Shown one piece after another: positions 38,156 through 51,050 of a stretch of DNA of 64,000 bases. The notes beneath the pieces are model-generated. The model was not told the DNA's origin and ran no database searches. It saw nothing but the letters and a program-made list of their open reading frames with translations. The translations under genes and the position numbers were made by a program. This stretch comes from Chiloscyllium plagiosum. Lineage: Eukaryota. The stretch is from contig NC_057719.1 of the NCBI RefSeq assembly GCF_004010195.1, forward strand, positions 71,464,831 through 71,528,830, given 5' to 3'. Within the stretch, counting starts at the first letter, position 1. The number at the start of each line of letters is the position of its first letter.

Positions 38156-40318
38156 CATTAGAAAGCAGTGATCACAAGATGATTGAATTTACTCTGCAAT
38201 GTGAGAGAGAAAAGATAGAATCGGAAGTAACGATATTTCAGCTGAATAAAGGTGACAGAGCAGAGATTTATCCTGAGGAAAAAGCAGTATGGTACAGAGA
38301 GGATGAGGCAACCATGGCCAACTAGAGAAGTCAGGGATAGCATAAAAGCAAAAAAGAAAGCATATGATGTGGTGAAGGGCAGTGGAAAACCAGAGGATTG
38401 GGAAGCTTACAAGGACCAACAGAGAGCAACAAATAAGGAAATAAGGAGGGAGAAGATTAAGTATGAGGGTAAGCTGGCCAGTAATACAAAGGAAGACTGT
38501 AAGGTATATAAAGGGCAAAAGAGAGACATAAGTGGGCATTGAGAGTGGAATATGACACAAGAGAGATAGTACTGGGGAACAAAGAAATGGCTGAGGAACT
38601 GAGTAATTACTTTGCATCAGTCTGCTGTGTCTCCTGAATTACTCCCAGAAACTCCTGTCATTACTGTTTCACTGTCTTTCCAGTCGTTGGAAGGTACAAG
38701 TATTATCCCCAAAATTCAAGAGAGTGAGGGGGCAGATCTGAGTATGGTGGCCATCACCAAGGAGAAGGTGAGAGAAAAACAGAATGGCCTGAAGGTGGAT
38801 AACTCACCTGGACCAATTGACTACACCCCAGAGTTCTAAGGGAGATAGCTGAAGAGATAATGGTGGTGGGAGTAGTGATCCTAAAGGAATGACTAGAATC
38901 AGGGAGGATCCCAGAGGACTGAAAAATCGCTAACATGACACCCCTGTTTAAAAAGGGAATAAGGCAAAAGATGGAAAATTATGGAACAATTAGCCTAAAC
39001 TTGTTGTGGGTAAGATCCTAGAATCCATTGTGAAGGATGAGATTTCTGAATACTTGGAAGTGTATGATAAAATAGGGCAAAGTCAGCATGGTTTCATCAA
39101 GGGGAGGTCATGCCTGACAAATCTGCTAGAATTCTTTGAGGAAGTAATACGCATTTTAAACCAAGGAGAACCAATGGATGTTATCTACCTGGACTTCAAG
39201 AAGGCCTTTGACAAGGTGCCACACAGGAGGCCACTGAGTAAGATAAGGGCCCATGGTGTTCGAGGCAAGGTGCTAGCATGGATAGAAGCTGGACTGTCTG
39301 ACAGAAAGCAGAGTGTGGGGATAAAAGGGTCCTTCTCAGGATGGCAGCTGGTGACAAATGGTGTTCCACAAGGCTCAGTGTTGGGACCACACTTTTCACT
39401 TTACACATTAATGGTCTAGATGAAGGAATAGAGGGCATTCTGGCTAAGTTTGCAGATGATACAAAGATAGGTAGAGGGACAGGTAGCATTGAGGAGGTGG
39501 GGAGGCTGCAAAAGGATTTGGATAGATTAGGAGAGTGGGCAAAGAAGTGGCAATGGTCATGCTCTTTGGAAGGAAGAATGAGGCATGGACTATTTTCTAA
39601 ATGAGGAGAAAATTCAGAAATCTGAATTGCAAAGAGACTTGGGTGTTCTAGTGCAGGGTTCTCTCAAGGTAAACTTGCAGGCTGAGTCAGTAGTTAGGAA
39701 AGCAAATGCAATTATTTTGAGAGGACTTGAATATAAAAGCAGGGATGTAATTCTGAGGCCCTATAAGACTCTGGTCAGATTTGGAATATTGTGCACAGCT
39801 TTGGGTCCCAGATCTCAGAAAGGATGTACTGGCCCTGGAGTGTACTCAGAGGAGATTCATGAGAATGGTCCCACGAATGGACAGCTCAACATATGAGGAG
39901 TGTTTGAGGACTCTGGGTCGATACTCAGAGTTCAGAAAAATGAGGGGGGATCTAATTGAAACTTACAGAATAGTGAATGGCCTGGACAGATTGGATGTTG
40001 GGAAAATGTTTTCATTGGTAGGAGAGACTAGGACCAGAGGGCACAGCCTTAAAGTAAAGGGAAGACCTTTTAGATGGAGATAAGGAGAAAATTCTTCAGC
40101 CAGAGAGTGGTGAGTCTATTGAATTCCCTACCACAGAAGGCTGTGAAGGCCAGGTCATTGAGTTTATTTAAGACCGAGATAGATAGGTTCTTGATTGTAA
40201 AGAGGATCAAGGGTTATTGGGAGGAAGTGGGAGAATGGAGTTGAGAAATATATCAGCCATGATTGAGCAGATTTGATGGGCCAATTGGCCTAATTTCTGC
40301 TCCTCTGTCTAATGGTCA
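38155..40318 (+). mobile_element. CR1 LINE, about 2.2 kb decayed ORF2 and 3' UTR
   Basis: QHGFIKGRSCLTNLLEFFEE, YLDFKKAFDKVPH, GVPQGSVLGP, KFADDT and EYCAQLW motifs. Confidence 0.93.
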
Positions 40319-41344
40319 TTAATCATGAGACAAGCATTTTATACCAGATTTATGAATTGAATTGAAATTCCACCAGTTGCCACAGTGAGATTTGAACTTA
40401 CATCCTACAGTGTCTGTTGGGTCTGCGGATTACTAGCCCAGTGTGCCACCATTCCCACTGTGGCTCCAGCACTCTTTACTGCAAGCTCAAATGGTCACAC
40501 ACACACACACACACCATTGCACAAGAGCACAGAGGGAAGTGCAGTAAATGCAGACCTTGCTAGCAATGCTGACATCCTAAGAATGAATGCAGGGTGTAAA
40601 TGGAAATATTGGCATCAGATTAAATAAAACAGCTTGATTTCTTTCAAATTAAATTTTAATGGCTTGAGAAATGGATGATCAATTTATAATTAATTATGAA
40701 ATATCACTGAAGCGAGGCAGTGTGAGCTCAAAGTTCTCCACCCATTCATAACTCTTTCTAATTTTCATGAACCCTGAAGTACGGTGTACATCCTGGTTTT
40801 AATAGCATTCTTTTTCCTCTCAGTTTTTTCAGATACACGAATTTGTCTAAAAAAAGTGAGTGAGCAGATTTAATTAACAGTTTGAAAGCCTTGTCACTAT
40901 TTAAAATTGTGGTCCAGAAATTATTACAATGGTACGTCTCACAGTTAGTGACATACATTGCACATTTACTTCATATTTAGCTAGCAGGACATTGTGTTGC
41001 AAAATGCTGGAATATCAAAAACAATAATGGTGCAATGATATTAATGTCACACTTGGAACCACGTGATGGCACCCACCCAATTGTCTATCATCTTTAACAA
41101 TGAAGATAATAATCAGGTGAATTTGAATCTAAGCACATACATATAGATAAATGATCTTGTAGCAGAGTTGCCTTGGTTCATGAGAAAATATTGAATGAAT
41201 GACAGAGTAAGGGTATAAAATGCAGTGTAGAAGAGCCTGTAATAAGCATAACAGCAGAACCTATCTTATAAGTATCGAATGCTTGACAAAAAAAATGTTT
41301 CATCAACTTTGCCTTCTCCTATTTTGACAATTGAAATGAAAACA

Positions 41345-42180
41345 GATTTTTGTGCTGATTCACAGGATGTAGGCAGCATTGGTTAGGCCAGCATTTATTG
41401 CCCATCCTTAATTGAGAAGATGGTGGCGAGCTGCTTCCTTGAACCATTGCAGTCCATGTGGGATAGGGACAGTCAGCATGCTGTTTGGAAGGGAGTAGAC
41501 AGGCAGGAGGCAGGAGGCTGGAGGAACACAGCAAGCCAGACATCATTAAGAGGTGCAGAAGTTGACGTTTTGGGTATAACCCTTCTTCAGGAAGGGAGTA
41601 CTAGGATTTTGTTCTAGCACCAGTCAAGCAATAGCAATATATTTCCAAGTCAGGGAATTTGAAGGTTGTGGTGTTCCCATGTATCTTGTCCTTCTAGATA
41701 TGTCATGGGGTGGAACAGTTTTGCCTAAGGAATCCAGGTGAGTTGTTGCAGTGTATTCTAGAGATGGTACATACTGCTGTCACTGTGGGAAGACGATGGA
41801 CGAAGTGAATTTTAAAGGTATTAGATATAGAATGGATCAAGAAGCAGCTTTTTCCTGGATGATGTCAAATGACTTGAACATTTTTGGATCCTGTACTCAT
41901 CCAGGTACTGAAGTATTTACTTATTGAGTTTTCCATCATATCCCTGACTTGTGACCTTGTTGATGGCACCAGGCTTTGTAGACTCAGGAGGTGAGTTACT
42001 CACTGAAGGATTCCTAGCCTCTGATCTGCTTTTGTGGCAATTATATTTATATGGCTAGTCCAGTTCAGTTTCTGATCAATCTTTGACAGTTGACAGTGGG
42101 GGATTAAATGATGACATTGAAATCAAAGTGGCAATGGCTGGATTCTGACTTGTTGAAGATGGTCATTGCTTGGCACATCT
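41345..42180 (-). mobile_element. Old family-B LINE 3' fragment with a small PLE-terminus insert (about 41500-41592)
   Basis: Tail ccagcatttattgcccatc and body similar to 13100-13860. Confidence 0.75.
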
Positions 42181-42299
42181 GGCAACAGTTCACATGGGTC
42201 TGGCCAAAGTGAGGCAAACTAACCTTGTGGATATCTTCAAATTTGAGGCCTAGAACATTAATATCTGGATCAAGATGAATATCTTAGTTGCTGTATGAG

Positions 42300-44960
42300 T
42301 TGGATAGTCTGCTCAGTGTGTCAGAGAATTATCCTGGTAACTGGCAAATATCTCTGGTACCTGGCTTATATCTCACATCAATATCATCGTCTTTGTGATC
42401 TTTGACCAATTTGATAGTAGCACATGTGGTATGTTTAGTTAGCATGGGTGTAGTTTGAACTGTAGTTTGAATGATTGTCACAATTTGGAGGTCTGTGCAT
42501 GATGGTAGTCTGGCTGTAGGTGATGAGTTTTGGATGCTAAGGTCAGCTTCCGTATTAGACTGAAGTGTGATTTTGCTCAGCATAGAATGCATGATCTGTT
42601 ATGCATTATGAGACAATCTCTCATTGTACATACCATGGAATGCCACTTTCTGAGATATATCTGTTTCAGAATGTGCCGCGGTAATACGTTGGCATGAGCA
42701 ACAGTATTAATTTTAGCGTTTAATTTGTGCCATCCTGCCTTTTCAGTTCACATGATACCAATAAATATACCAAACAAAAATACCTAAAAAGCTTCTGATC
42801 ACCTTATAGAGTTGATATAGTGAGTGAGGTTACCAAAATGGGAAGCTTGGTCATCTTTTGAAACTTTATTTTCACATAGCTATCTCTAAAATTCATTAAC
42901 ATATTTATGTTTGTATACGTTCTTAACGCTTCCCTTGCTGGCAATATTATGTTGATGTACTGACTTGATGGTCATCTGTGTTTTGTTCTAGGGTTTGGCT
43001 TGGATTTGGAAACAAATTTCCTGACCATATGTGCTCAATGGCCCTGCGTACCATTGGCTTTACAGATGAAAAAGAAATCAATGTTGGCAGATGTTACAAA
43101 CTGCATTAGTTACATATTCTGTTGGTTTGGTGCACATTGCAGTCATAGTGTTGGTTTAGAAGTTGGCTGCATCTAAAGCATGTAGTTGATGTTTACTTAC
43201 TACTGCCACTATGGTTTCATACTTGCATCTATTCTCCATTAAATCAATGGTTTGACCCCTTTTCTTGCTCAAACATTCCTTCCTAAAAGCTTTAATTGGT
43301 GTACAGGCAATGACAAAGTCAATGAGCATCTCTTGACAGTTCCTTTCGGAAACTTTATACTCATGTCCTATGCTGATACATCTTCTGACAAACTGCTCAA
43401 TAGGTTCTCGGGGTTGCACCTGTATGACATGAGTTACAGTCTGTTAATCTTGAAGCTTATTCTTTTCTTGTCCTGACCATTGATATTTTCTGGATCTTTC
43501 TGATCATCTGTAGAAAGACTAGTTGATTTAATTTTGTGAAGCCCACCCTTGCCAATAACAAGCAAGGTTTTTTGAGCTCTTTTATTGGGATCATTGGTCG
43601 CTTGTTCTGTAAAGTAGGAATGTGGATATCAATGCCACAGTAATAATTCCATAAGGGCATCATTAGATGTCCAATCATCATGACTGTTATGCTAACTATG
43701 ATTCAGCCTTAAAAACTTTGCATTGTATCATCCTCAGCCATGCCATCCTGTGTAAATGTTTTATTTCTGTGTAAATTTAAATTGCTATTCCACTGGTCTT
43801 GGTCCCTCACAAATGGCTTTTTCTTTGCACTTGATATCTTTAAAACCATTGCATTAAGAATTGCAGATTTGTAGTTAGCGAACTGCAGGCTTGCAGCAGC
43901 AGGTTTCTACCTCTACATTTTGTTTGCACCCAAGGAATAATAATAATGTCACACAGGCTTGTTTTTATTCCCTTACTGACTTGGACAATGAAAATGATGA
44001 AACCTACTAAGGTTCAGACAAGAGAATGTCTTCTTAGTGTAGAAAATTGCTTTTTCTTCTTTACATTCTTTAAGTTTCATTTCTTCTAGGGTGACTTTGA
44101 ACTGTACTTTTGAGACCTTTAACTAATTTTAAAAAAAGGATCAGTATATTTTTGTGTTTCTTATTTTTAAGAGAGAGAGAGAGGTAGCAGTGTACCTTCA
44201 GTCCAGGTCTTTGGCCTATTGTTTTCATTCTACTTGTAACTTCATCGCCTCTACTTTTAAGACATGATACAAAATTTCTGTCATCTCGAAATAAGTTACA
44301 TGATATACAAAAGGAAATTAGCTCTGTATTTTTCCCCATCAATGCCCTATCCAGAGACCTTTACAGCTACCTGTACTCACAGAAACTAATGTTACTAAAG
44401 TAGGGGAATGGGTCTGGGTGGGTTGCTCTTCGGAGTGTCAGCGTGGACTTGTTGGGCTGAAGGGCCTGTTTCCACACTGTAGGGAATCTTAAAAAAAAAA
44501 GTCTTGAAGTCTTTTTTAAAAATGGTAATAGCTGCTACCATGATGTGGATTTTGTTTGAAACTTAACTTCTGATAGATGGGTGGAAATGATGTGCCTCAG
44601 GCTTGCTCTCAATCTGTTGCCTATCATGGGGCACTGTAATACACAACATTTGGTATCGTGTGCAGACAGATGTCTTACAGATAACTATCCTCAGCACCAT
44701 ACGATGGTGCTGGTCTGTCTCACTGACTGCTACTTCTCCCTCTGGAGGCTGTACAGCAGATTGCTGTTCTTGCTGATATCATTGTAACTGTTATCTCCCT
44801 CAACACTGACATTGCATGTCCAACAAGACCACAAGGAATCTTCCAAGTGCAGGTTCCATGTCAGATACATGAGCCGGTAATCAGTGGGGAATACCAGAAC
44901 TGAGTAGCACATTGGGAATGGTATTCCTGATCCCTCATAGCAATCAAAATAAAGTGACAT
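42300..44960 (-). mobile_element. Gypsy-type LTR retrotransposon fossil (probable 5' LTR, PBS, gag, protease)
   Basis: Minus strand: CA then TGGTAGCAG (44540-44532, complementary to the 3' end of tRNA-iMet); gag-like QPREPIEQFVRRC...LIDFVIACTPIKAFRKE; decayed knuckle CKANGTQGH*AHM (about 43030-43065); protease-like AKINTVAHANVLP (about 42680-42720, corresponding to KIDTGAxANVLP). The outer LTR edge is uncertain. Confidence 0.72.
44390..44500 (+). mobile_element. 5'-truncated HE1/CR1-type 3' tail
   Basis: gtaggggaatgggtctgggtggg...ggacttgttgggctgaagggcctgtttccacactgtagg followed by an A run. Confidence 0.85.
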
Positions 44961-45784
44961 GCTATGCCCTGACACAATATATTTTGAAAGCTTTGCTAGG
45001 AGGCCAATGTCTTGTTTCAATATGGAGCTCAGAGCTATGTGACTTTAGCTAGACTTTATTCTCCCTGCATTGGGTAATAATTAGTATAGATTGAGGGTTG
45101 GTAAGACATAGAAGGCAGACACAGTCAGGATTAATGGGTGTTTTTTCAAGTTGAAAAGACATAAATCTAAAATGCTAATGCAACATTAGGGAAGCGAAAT
45201 TCAGGCATATATTCAACATAATAATGATGCTGATAAAAATAGTTTCCCTTGGACATCATAAACTATGTCCTTGCAAACTTACAGTTCACTGTGTAAGTGT
45301 AACATTCCAGAAGCATTTATCATACAGTAGCAGGTACAAGAAGAAATGACAAACCCAGATGAGACTATGAAGGCTGCATTTGCATAGTTTTATGTATTTG
45401 ACATTACAGGAGGCCAATGGGTGCAGATGGAAGTATTATAAAATTAGTGGATGCTTGTCTAATAAAGTACCACTAGCACAATCCCACTTGCAAAGAATCA
45501 TACTCTGCTCCTGAAGAGAAAACAGAAACTTACTCTGCCCATTCCATATGCAATGACACTCATTTTGTATTATTGTTGTATAGGTGAGTGTTGGACAAAA
45601 ATGGCAATGTTTCAGCTTTGTGCCCTTGTAAGAGAGTGGCAAGCTCTCCATGGGGTGAACAATGATTCCCCATTCTTCACGATGTCTTTGTGCCCTGTTG
45701 AATGTTCAGACTCGACGCTTTCCCATTCACTCCCTGGATCTTTGTTAATGAGTTTTCAAAATATTTAGATGTATTCTCGGTGAA

Positions 45785-46420
45785 GTCCATCAGATTGGAC
45801 AACGCATTAACGTGACGCTCTTGTTGAAGAAGGAGGGAGACAGAAAGCAGGAAATTATAGGCGAGTTAGCTGAACATCTGTCATGGTCAGGGTTTATTGT
45901 TAAATAAGAAATAGCAGGACATTTAGAAAAACCCAACACAATCAAACAGAGTAAACATGCTTCTGTGAAAGCAAAATCAGGTTGATTAATTTTGAAGGAT
46001 ATAACAAGGATATAACAAGAAAAAAGGAGAACTGATAGATGTAACATTTTAAAATTCCATAAGGCATTTGATGAGGTGCCATATAAAAGATTACTTCATA
46101 AGACTGGAGCTCCCTGCATTGGGGTAATGTATTAGTAAGGATTGAGGATTGGTTAAAATAGTGAAGGCAGAGAGTCAGAATTAATGGGTGTTTTTCAGGT
46201 TGAAAAGACATAATTAGGGATTTGAGGACCTAGATTATTTATTTTCTATTTAATGAATTTGAGGAGGGGGGCATTTATGTATCTGTTGATGCATAAATAC
46301 ATTAACACATGATAAGAACACATGATAAGAATTAAAGGAATTTGTAAAGGGGCATGGATAAACTAAGTGAGTGGACACAAACATGCCTGATAGAGGTTAA
46401 TACAGGACAGTGTGAGCTTT
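45785..46420 (+). mobile_element. Old CR1 RT fragment
   Basis: GNYRRVS and FHKAFDEVPYKRL remnants. Confidence 0.75.
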
Positions 46421-46944
46421 ATTTCCAGTCATGCAGTTACAGAATTTTAGTGAAAACCAATCTGCAGCAGACACAGATCCGAAAATAACAGGTAACATAT
46501 CAGATTCAAATCTGCAAGGTGTGTACTCCAATTTTTTTTTACTAAATTCAGAATTTGTTCACAATTATTAATCTTGCTAAAATCAATTTAATTTAACACA
46601 ATACAAAAATAAATCCAGGACTGTCATGTTGTTGAGAGGCAACAGGGTGTTTTCTATTATCTCCCAATTTTTCCTATTTTTATGCAAGTAGGAGATTTGA
46701 TTTCTTGTTTGCTATGGTTTAATGTTAATTTGAAAATCAACTGAAAGCAATTTAGTTAAATAAAACACAAAACAAGTATAATTGTAGTGTTCTTGCTGAA
46801 GTCACATTTAGAGAAGGAGTGCATGACTGTACAGGAATGGCAAAAAGATGAGTTTGCTCCATTTCTTTGGCTTAAGAGTTCAAATTGGAATATACAATTC
46901 ATTACCTATAGCCTTCAAATTACTTTCTTCTCAAATAACTACAT

Positions 46945-47217
46945 AATTTGCCCTAATATTAACTTAATGAATAATAATGCATATTGGTTACTGTAAAGTT
47001 ATTGATTTTAATTTGTTCATGGGATCTGGGTATCACTGGCTGTGCGGGAACTGAACCCGGGTCTCTGGCGCTGTGAGGCAGCAGTGCTAACCACTGTGCC
47101 ACCGTGCTGCCCATACAATTTGTCCTAATATTAACTTAATGAATAATAATGCATATTGGTTACTGAAAAGTTATTGATTTTAATTTGTTCATGGGATCTG
47201 GGTATCACTGGCTGTGC
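46945..47217. repeat. 101-bp direct duplication flanking an HE1 5'-head fragment (minus strand, about 47044-47112)
   Basis: 46945-47045 and 47117-47217 differ at 2 positions. The spacer is gggaactgaacccgggtctctggcgctgtgaggcagcagtgctaaccactgtgccaccgtgctgcccatac. Confidence 0.95.
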
Positions 47218-47349
47218 TAGTGTTTATTGTCTTGGCTGGCTAGACCTTTTCAAAAGGCAATTTACAATCAACAACATGGCTGTGGGTCTGGAGTCATATG
47301 AAGGACAGACCAAGTAAAGGACATTTCCATCCACAAAGGACATTAAAGT

Positions 47350-48012
47350 TGCTGAGATTTTCCTGCACATCCAAACACATCATCTATTGTGTCCGTTGTT
47401 CTACATTGGGGAGATAGGATGCCAACTCGTGAAATGTTTCAGAGAGCATCTCTAGGACACAGGCACCAAACAACCCACTGCCATGTGGCCAACCACGTCA
47501 ACTCCCTCTCCCAATCTACCAAGTCCTGGGCCTCCTCCACTGCCAAATCCTAGCCACACAATGCTTGGAGGAAGAACGCCTCTTCTTCTGTCTTGGGACA
47601 GTCCAACCACATGGCATCAATGTTGATCTCACCAGTTTCCTCATCTCCCCTCCCACCACCTTATCCCAGATTCAACCCTCCAACTCAGCACCACCCTCTT
47701 GAACTGTCCAACCTGTCCATATTTCTTCCCACCTATCGGCTCCACCCTTCGCTCTGACCTATCACCATCTCCCCCCATCTGTACCTACCCATCACTTTCC
47801 AAGCTATCTTTCTCCCAGCCCTACCCTCTCCTATTTATCTCTCAGCTCCCTTCCCCAACACCCCCATTCCCACAGCCCCGTACATTCCTGAGGAAGAGCT
47901 TTTGCCCAAAGCGTCAACTCTCCTGCCCCTCAGCTGCTGCCTGACCTGCTGTGCTTTTCCAGTGCCATACTTTTTGACTCTAATCTGCAGCATCTGCTGT
48001 CCTCATTTTCTT
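47350..48012 (+). mobile_element. PLE 3' fragment (GIY-YIG remnant and terminus) nested in a short family-B-related SINE
   Basis: TIIYCVRC, YIGEIG, LEEERLFFCLGTVQPHGINVD and the P1 terminus. SINE sequence lies at about 47180-47348 and resumes after 48012. Confidence 0.85.
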
Positions 48013-49738
48013 CTGATGGGCATTTATGACAATTAAAAATGATAACATGGACACCATTATTCTAGATTTTGTTTGAAAACAATTTCACCAGCTTCCATCT
48101 GAATAGAGTTGATATTTAAGAATATAATAGAAGCAGCTTCTATCTGAAATGAGGAAATGTGCCTATTACAGAAAATCTGCCAGATACTCAGAATTTGTTC
48201 GACATCCAAGGAACAGCACATATTGTAGATATGGGAGCCCAATTTTCAAGGGGCTTTGACTCAATGACTTTTATTTATTGACAACTAGTTCTTGGCTCCT
48301 TGCATCCACTTGAAAACAAAGTGAAAGGACTCCATCTTTTGGTGCATATGGTTAGTTCATGTTAGTATAAAAACACCTTGCAATGTCATTTCCAGCACTG
48401 AACAACAAAAAAACTCAAAAAAAATTTCCAATTTCACAAGTCTTTTCATTAGAAAATTGTGTGATTTAATGTAATAATCTAAAAGAAATTAATGCTGCAA
48501 CAAAATTTAAATAAATATAGCTGGCAGCAACATTGGTATGAAGGAAGACTCCATAATAGATGATCTATTGAAGATGTTCATCACCATACGTGTGAAATGA
48601 TTTGAGGATCTGCAAAATCCTGTAAATAAACCATTGGTTTGTCCGCACTCATGGTTGCAAAAGGAAATGGTTCACTTGCCTGAACATGTTGTCACTTAAA
48701 ACAAAAGTTTAGCCACATAAAGATTTCGACATGCAGTACTCATCCTGTTAACTTCATCAGTATTATCAGATTAGGGACAGACTTTGCTTGGGGGAAGTTT
48801 TAAACAGTTATTGTCAGCCTTAACAAAACAACCATCAACACTGGCACCCAATAAATGTTACTCTGCAATCTTACTGTCTGAACTTAGCCAGTGATCATAG
48901 AACCTGCTAAGCCTTCTTGTCATCAAAATGCATTGACCTCTTTGGGATTCCTACTGCAGCCATTTATTAGCAAAAGTAATAATTCTTTGACCAGTTTATG
49001 CTTTCTGCAGAGGAATTAGTTCAGTAGAGTACTGTATGCTATGTACAGTTGATACTTGCTTCACCCAAAATGCAGATTTTTGGAGAAAAGCATTAAGGCT
49101 GACTGTAAACACTCCACATTCCCCAACTGGCTAAAGGAGAGTGAACTTAAAATTACAGAGATTAAAACCTTGAGAAAAGAATTCTACTTAGTGAATTTTG
49201 TTCACACTTGATCTAGGTTTTTCTGCAATCATTAATATAAAATAATTAGGGGCGAGATCACGTAGTATTGATCATTTGCCACTAGATGCTAATGGCATGC
49301 TTTCACTATTCTTTTCCCAAGTGTTTGGACACACATTTGTAAGAAGTGCGTGTAAGTGTGAATGAGTGAAGGGGAGGGGGCTGGGGTTGTATTTGGGTGA
49401 CATTTTGGTCCCACAGATCCCCAAGATGATTCAAGAGGCAGGTTCGGAGTTGTGGACCAGATACTTTATAGCGTCTGTTGTGTCTGAAGGTTTGGCAAAA
49501 TGGGGTCTAAGTTGCATAGTCTGACTCACACAAGGTGTGAGCATTTTTCTGACACCATCAAGGTGGCCTTTAGGAGCATGACACAAGATTTTCAGGGAGG
49601 CTGGCAATGGCATTCCTCATGGAGTAAAGCTGATTTGTGCCAGGGCTCCTCCCCTTTGTTGACTTCAACACTTCAGCTAAAGTCTTGCCATAGGGAACAC
49701 TCAAATAGGTGTCCAACAGCAGGGAATCTCCTACACTG

Positions 49739-50140
49739 GGAGAAAGTGAGGACTGCAGATGCTGGAGACCAGAGTTGAAAAATGTGGTGCTGGAAAAGCG
49801 CAGCAGGCCAGGCAGCATCAGAGGAGCAGGAGAATCGACGTTTCAGGCACAAGCCCTTCTTCAGGAAACTCCTACACAGCACTATTTCAACAGATGCTGA
49901 AAATGTGTTGCTGGAAAAGCGCAGCAGGTCAAGCAGCATCCAAGGAGCAGGAGAATCGAAGCAGCATCCAAGGAGCAGGAGAATCGACGTTTCAGACATG
50001 AGCCCTTCTTCAGGAATCCCCGAAACGTCATGCCCAAAACGTCAATTCTCCTGTTCCTTGGATGCTGCCTGACCTGCTGCGCTTTTCCAGCAACACATTT
50101 TCAGCTCTGATCTCCAGCATCTGCAGTCCTCACTTTCTCC
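49739..50140. mobile_element. Two adjacent P1 PLE-derived insertions (about 49739-49868 and 49897-50139)
   Basis: TSD ctcctacac at 49728-49736 and 49869-49877; TSD ctatttcaacagatg at 49882-49896 and 50140-50154. The second insertion is a hairpin with an internal duplication. Confidence 0.9.
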
Positions 50141-50429
50141 TATTTCAACAGATGGCCAACCACTTTCAACTTAGTCACTGATCAATTTCAGCTTCTTTGT
50201 CTTGGTTCGTAGAAGTGCCCTTTATTTTAAGAATTAATAGGGAGGGAGGCAGGCTGTGAGGAAAGCCTCAGTTTAGACTTGAAGGGTTCTGATCAGTCCA
50301 TGTAGTTACCATTCACCTTGGGATGCAACATGAGTGGAAGGTTGTGCAGAGGCAAAACAGAAGGGGACATGCTGCTTTGAGAGAGAACAGAGCAGAGGAG
50401 AGATCTTTAACAAAGCCTCATTCTCACAA

Positions 50430-51050
50430 GGTCCTCTGGAAGCTTTTCTCTTACCCCACTGTGAGCATCTAATTTACAAAGGAGGTATGCAGGAAAAGTG
50501 TTCAATCTCTCGTAGACAAACCTTAAGCCTCAGAGCAGGGCAAGGATAGTACTGCCTGAGGTTGTCAACGTGACTGCAGCTCTGAACTATTGGGATCCTC
50601 CCAGGTTGAAATGGATGATATCTGTAACATCTCCCTCCTCGCCACCACTGCTGACCCAGAGAGGAGACAGATTCTCACTACATCAGGAAAGGGGAATTTA
50701 TTGTGTTCCCTCTGAACAGAGCAAAGTGGGAAAAAGTGTACACATGGTTCACCAGAATAGGGAGCTCCCCCATAGTGCAGGGTATCATCAAAGAGCACGA
50801 ACGTGAGTAAGCATTATGGCCACAATAGATTATAACCACAAAGCTTTTCATTTTCTGAAGATGCAGTTAGTGTGTGACCATGCTCAGCATATCAGGTGAT
50901 TGAATGTCCTATCTCACGGATAGCAATCATGATGCTTTTAATCTGTACCAGTGCACTATTTTCTCAATATTAGTGGCACTATGTCGAACCAGAAAGTGGT
51001 TACTGGGAAACATGATGTAACCTCTGACCACCTGGCTCACGAATGGCAGT
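50430..51050 (+). pseudogene. Decayed PIF/Harbinger (HARBI1-like) DDE transposase
   Basis: Collinear motifs VNVTAALNY (VKVTxALNF), LPHSAG/PIVQGII, YNHKAFHFLKMQLVCDHAQHI (NRKGFHSxNVQLVCD), DSNHDAF (GSxHDA) and WLLGNMM*PLTTWL (WLLGDxGYPL); frameshifted. Confidence 0.82.
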
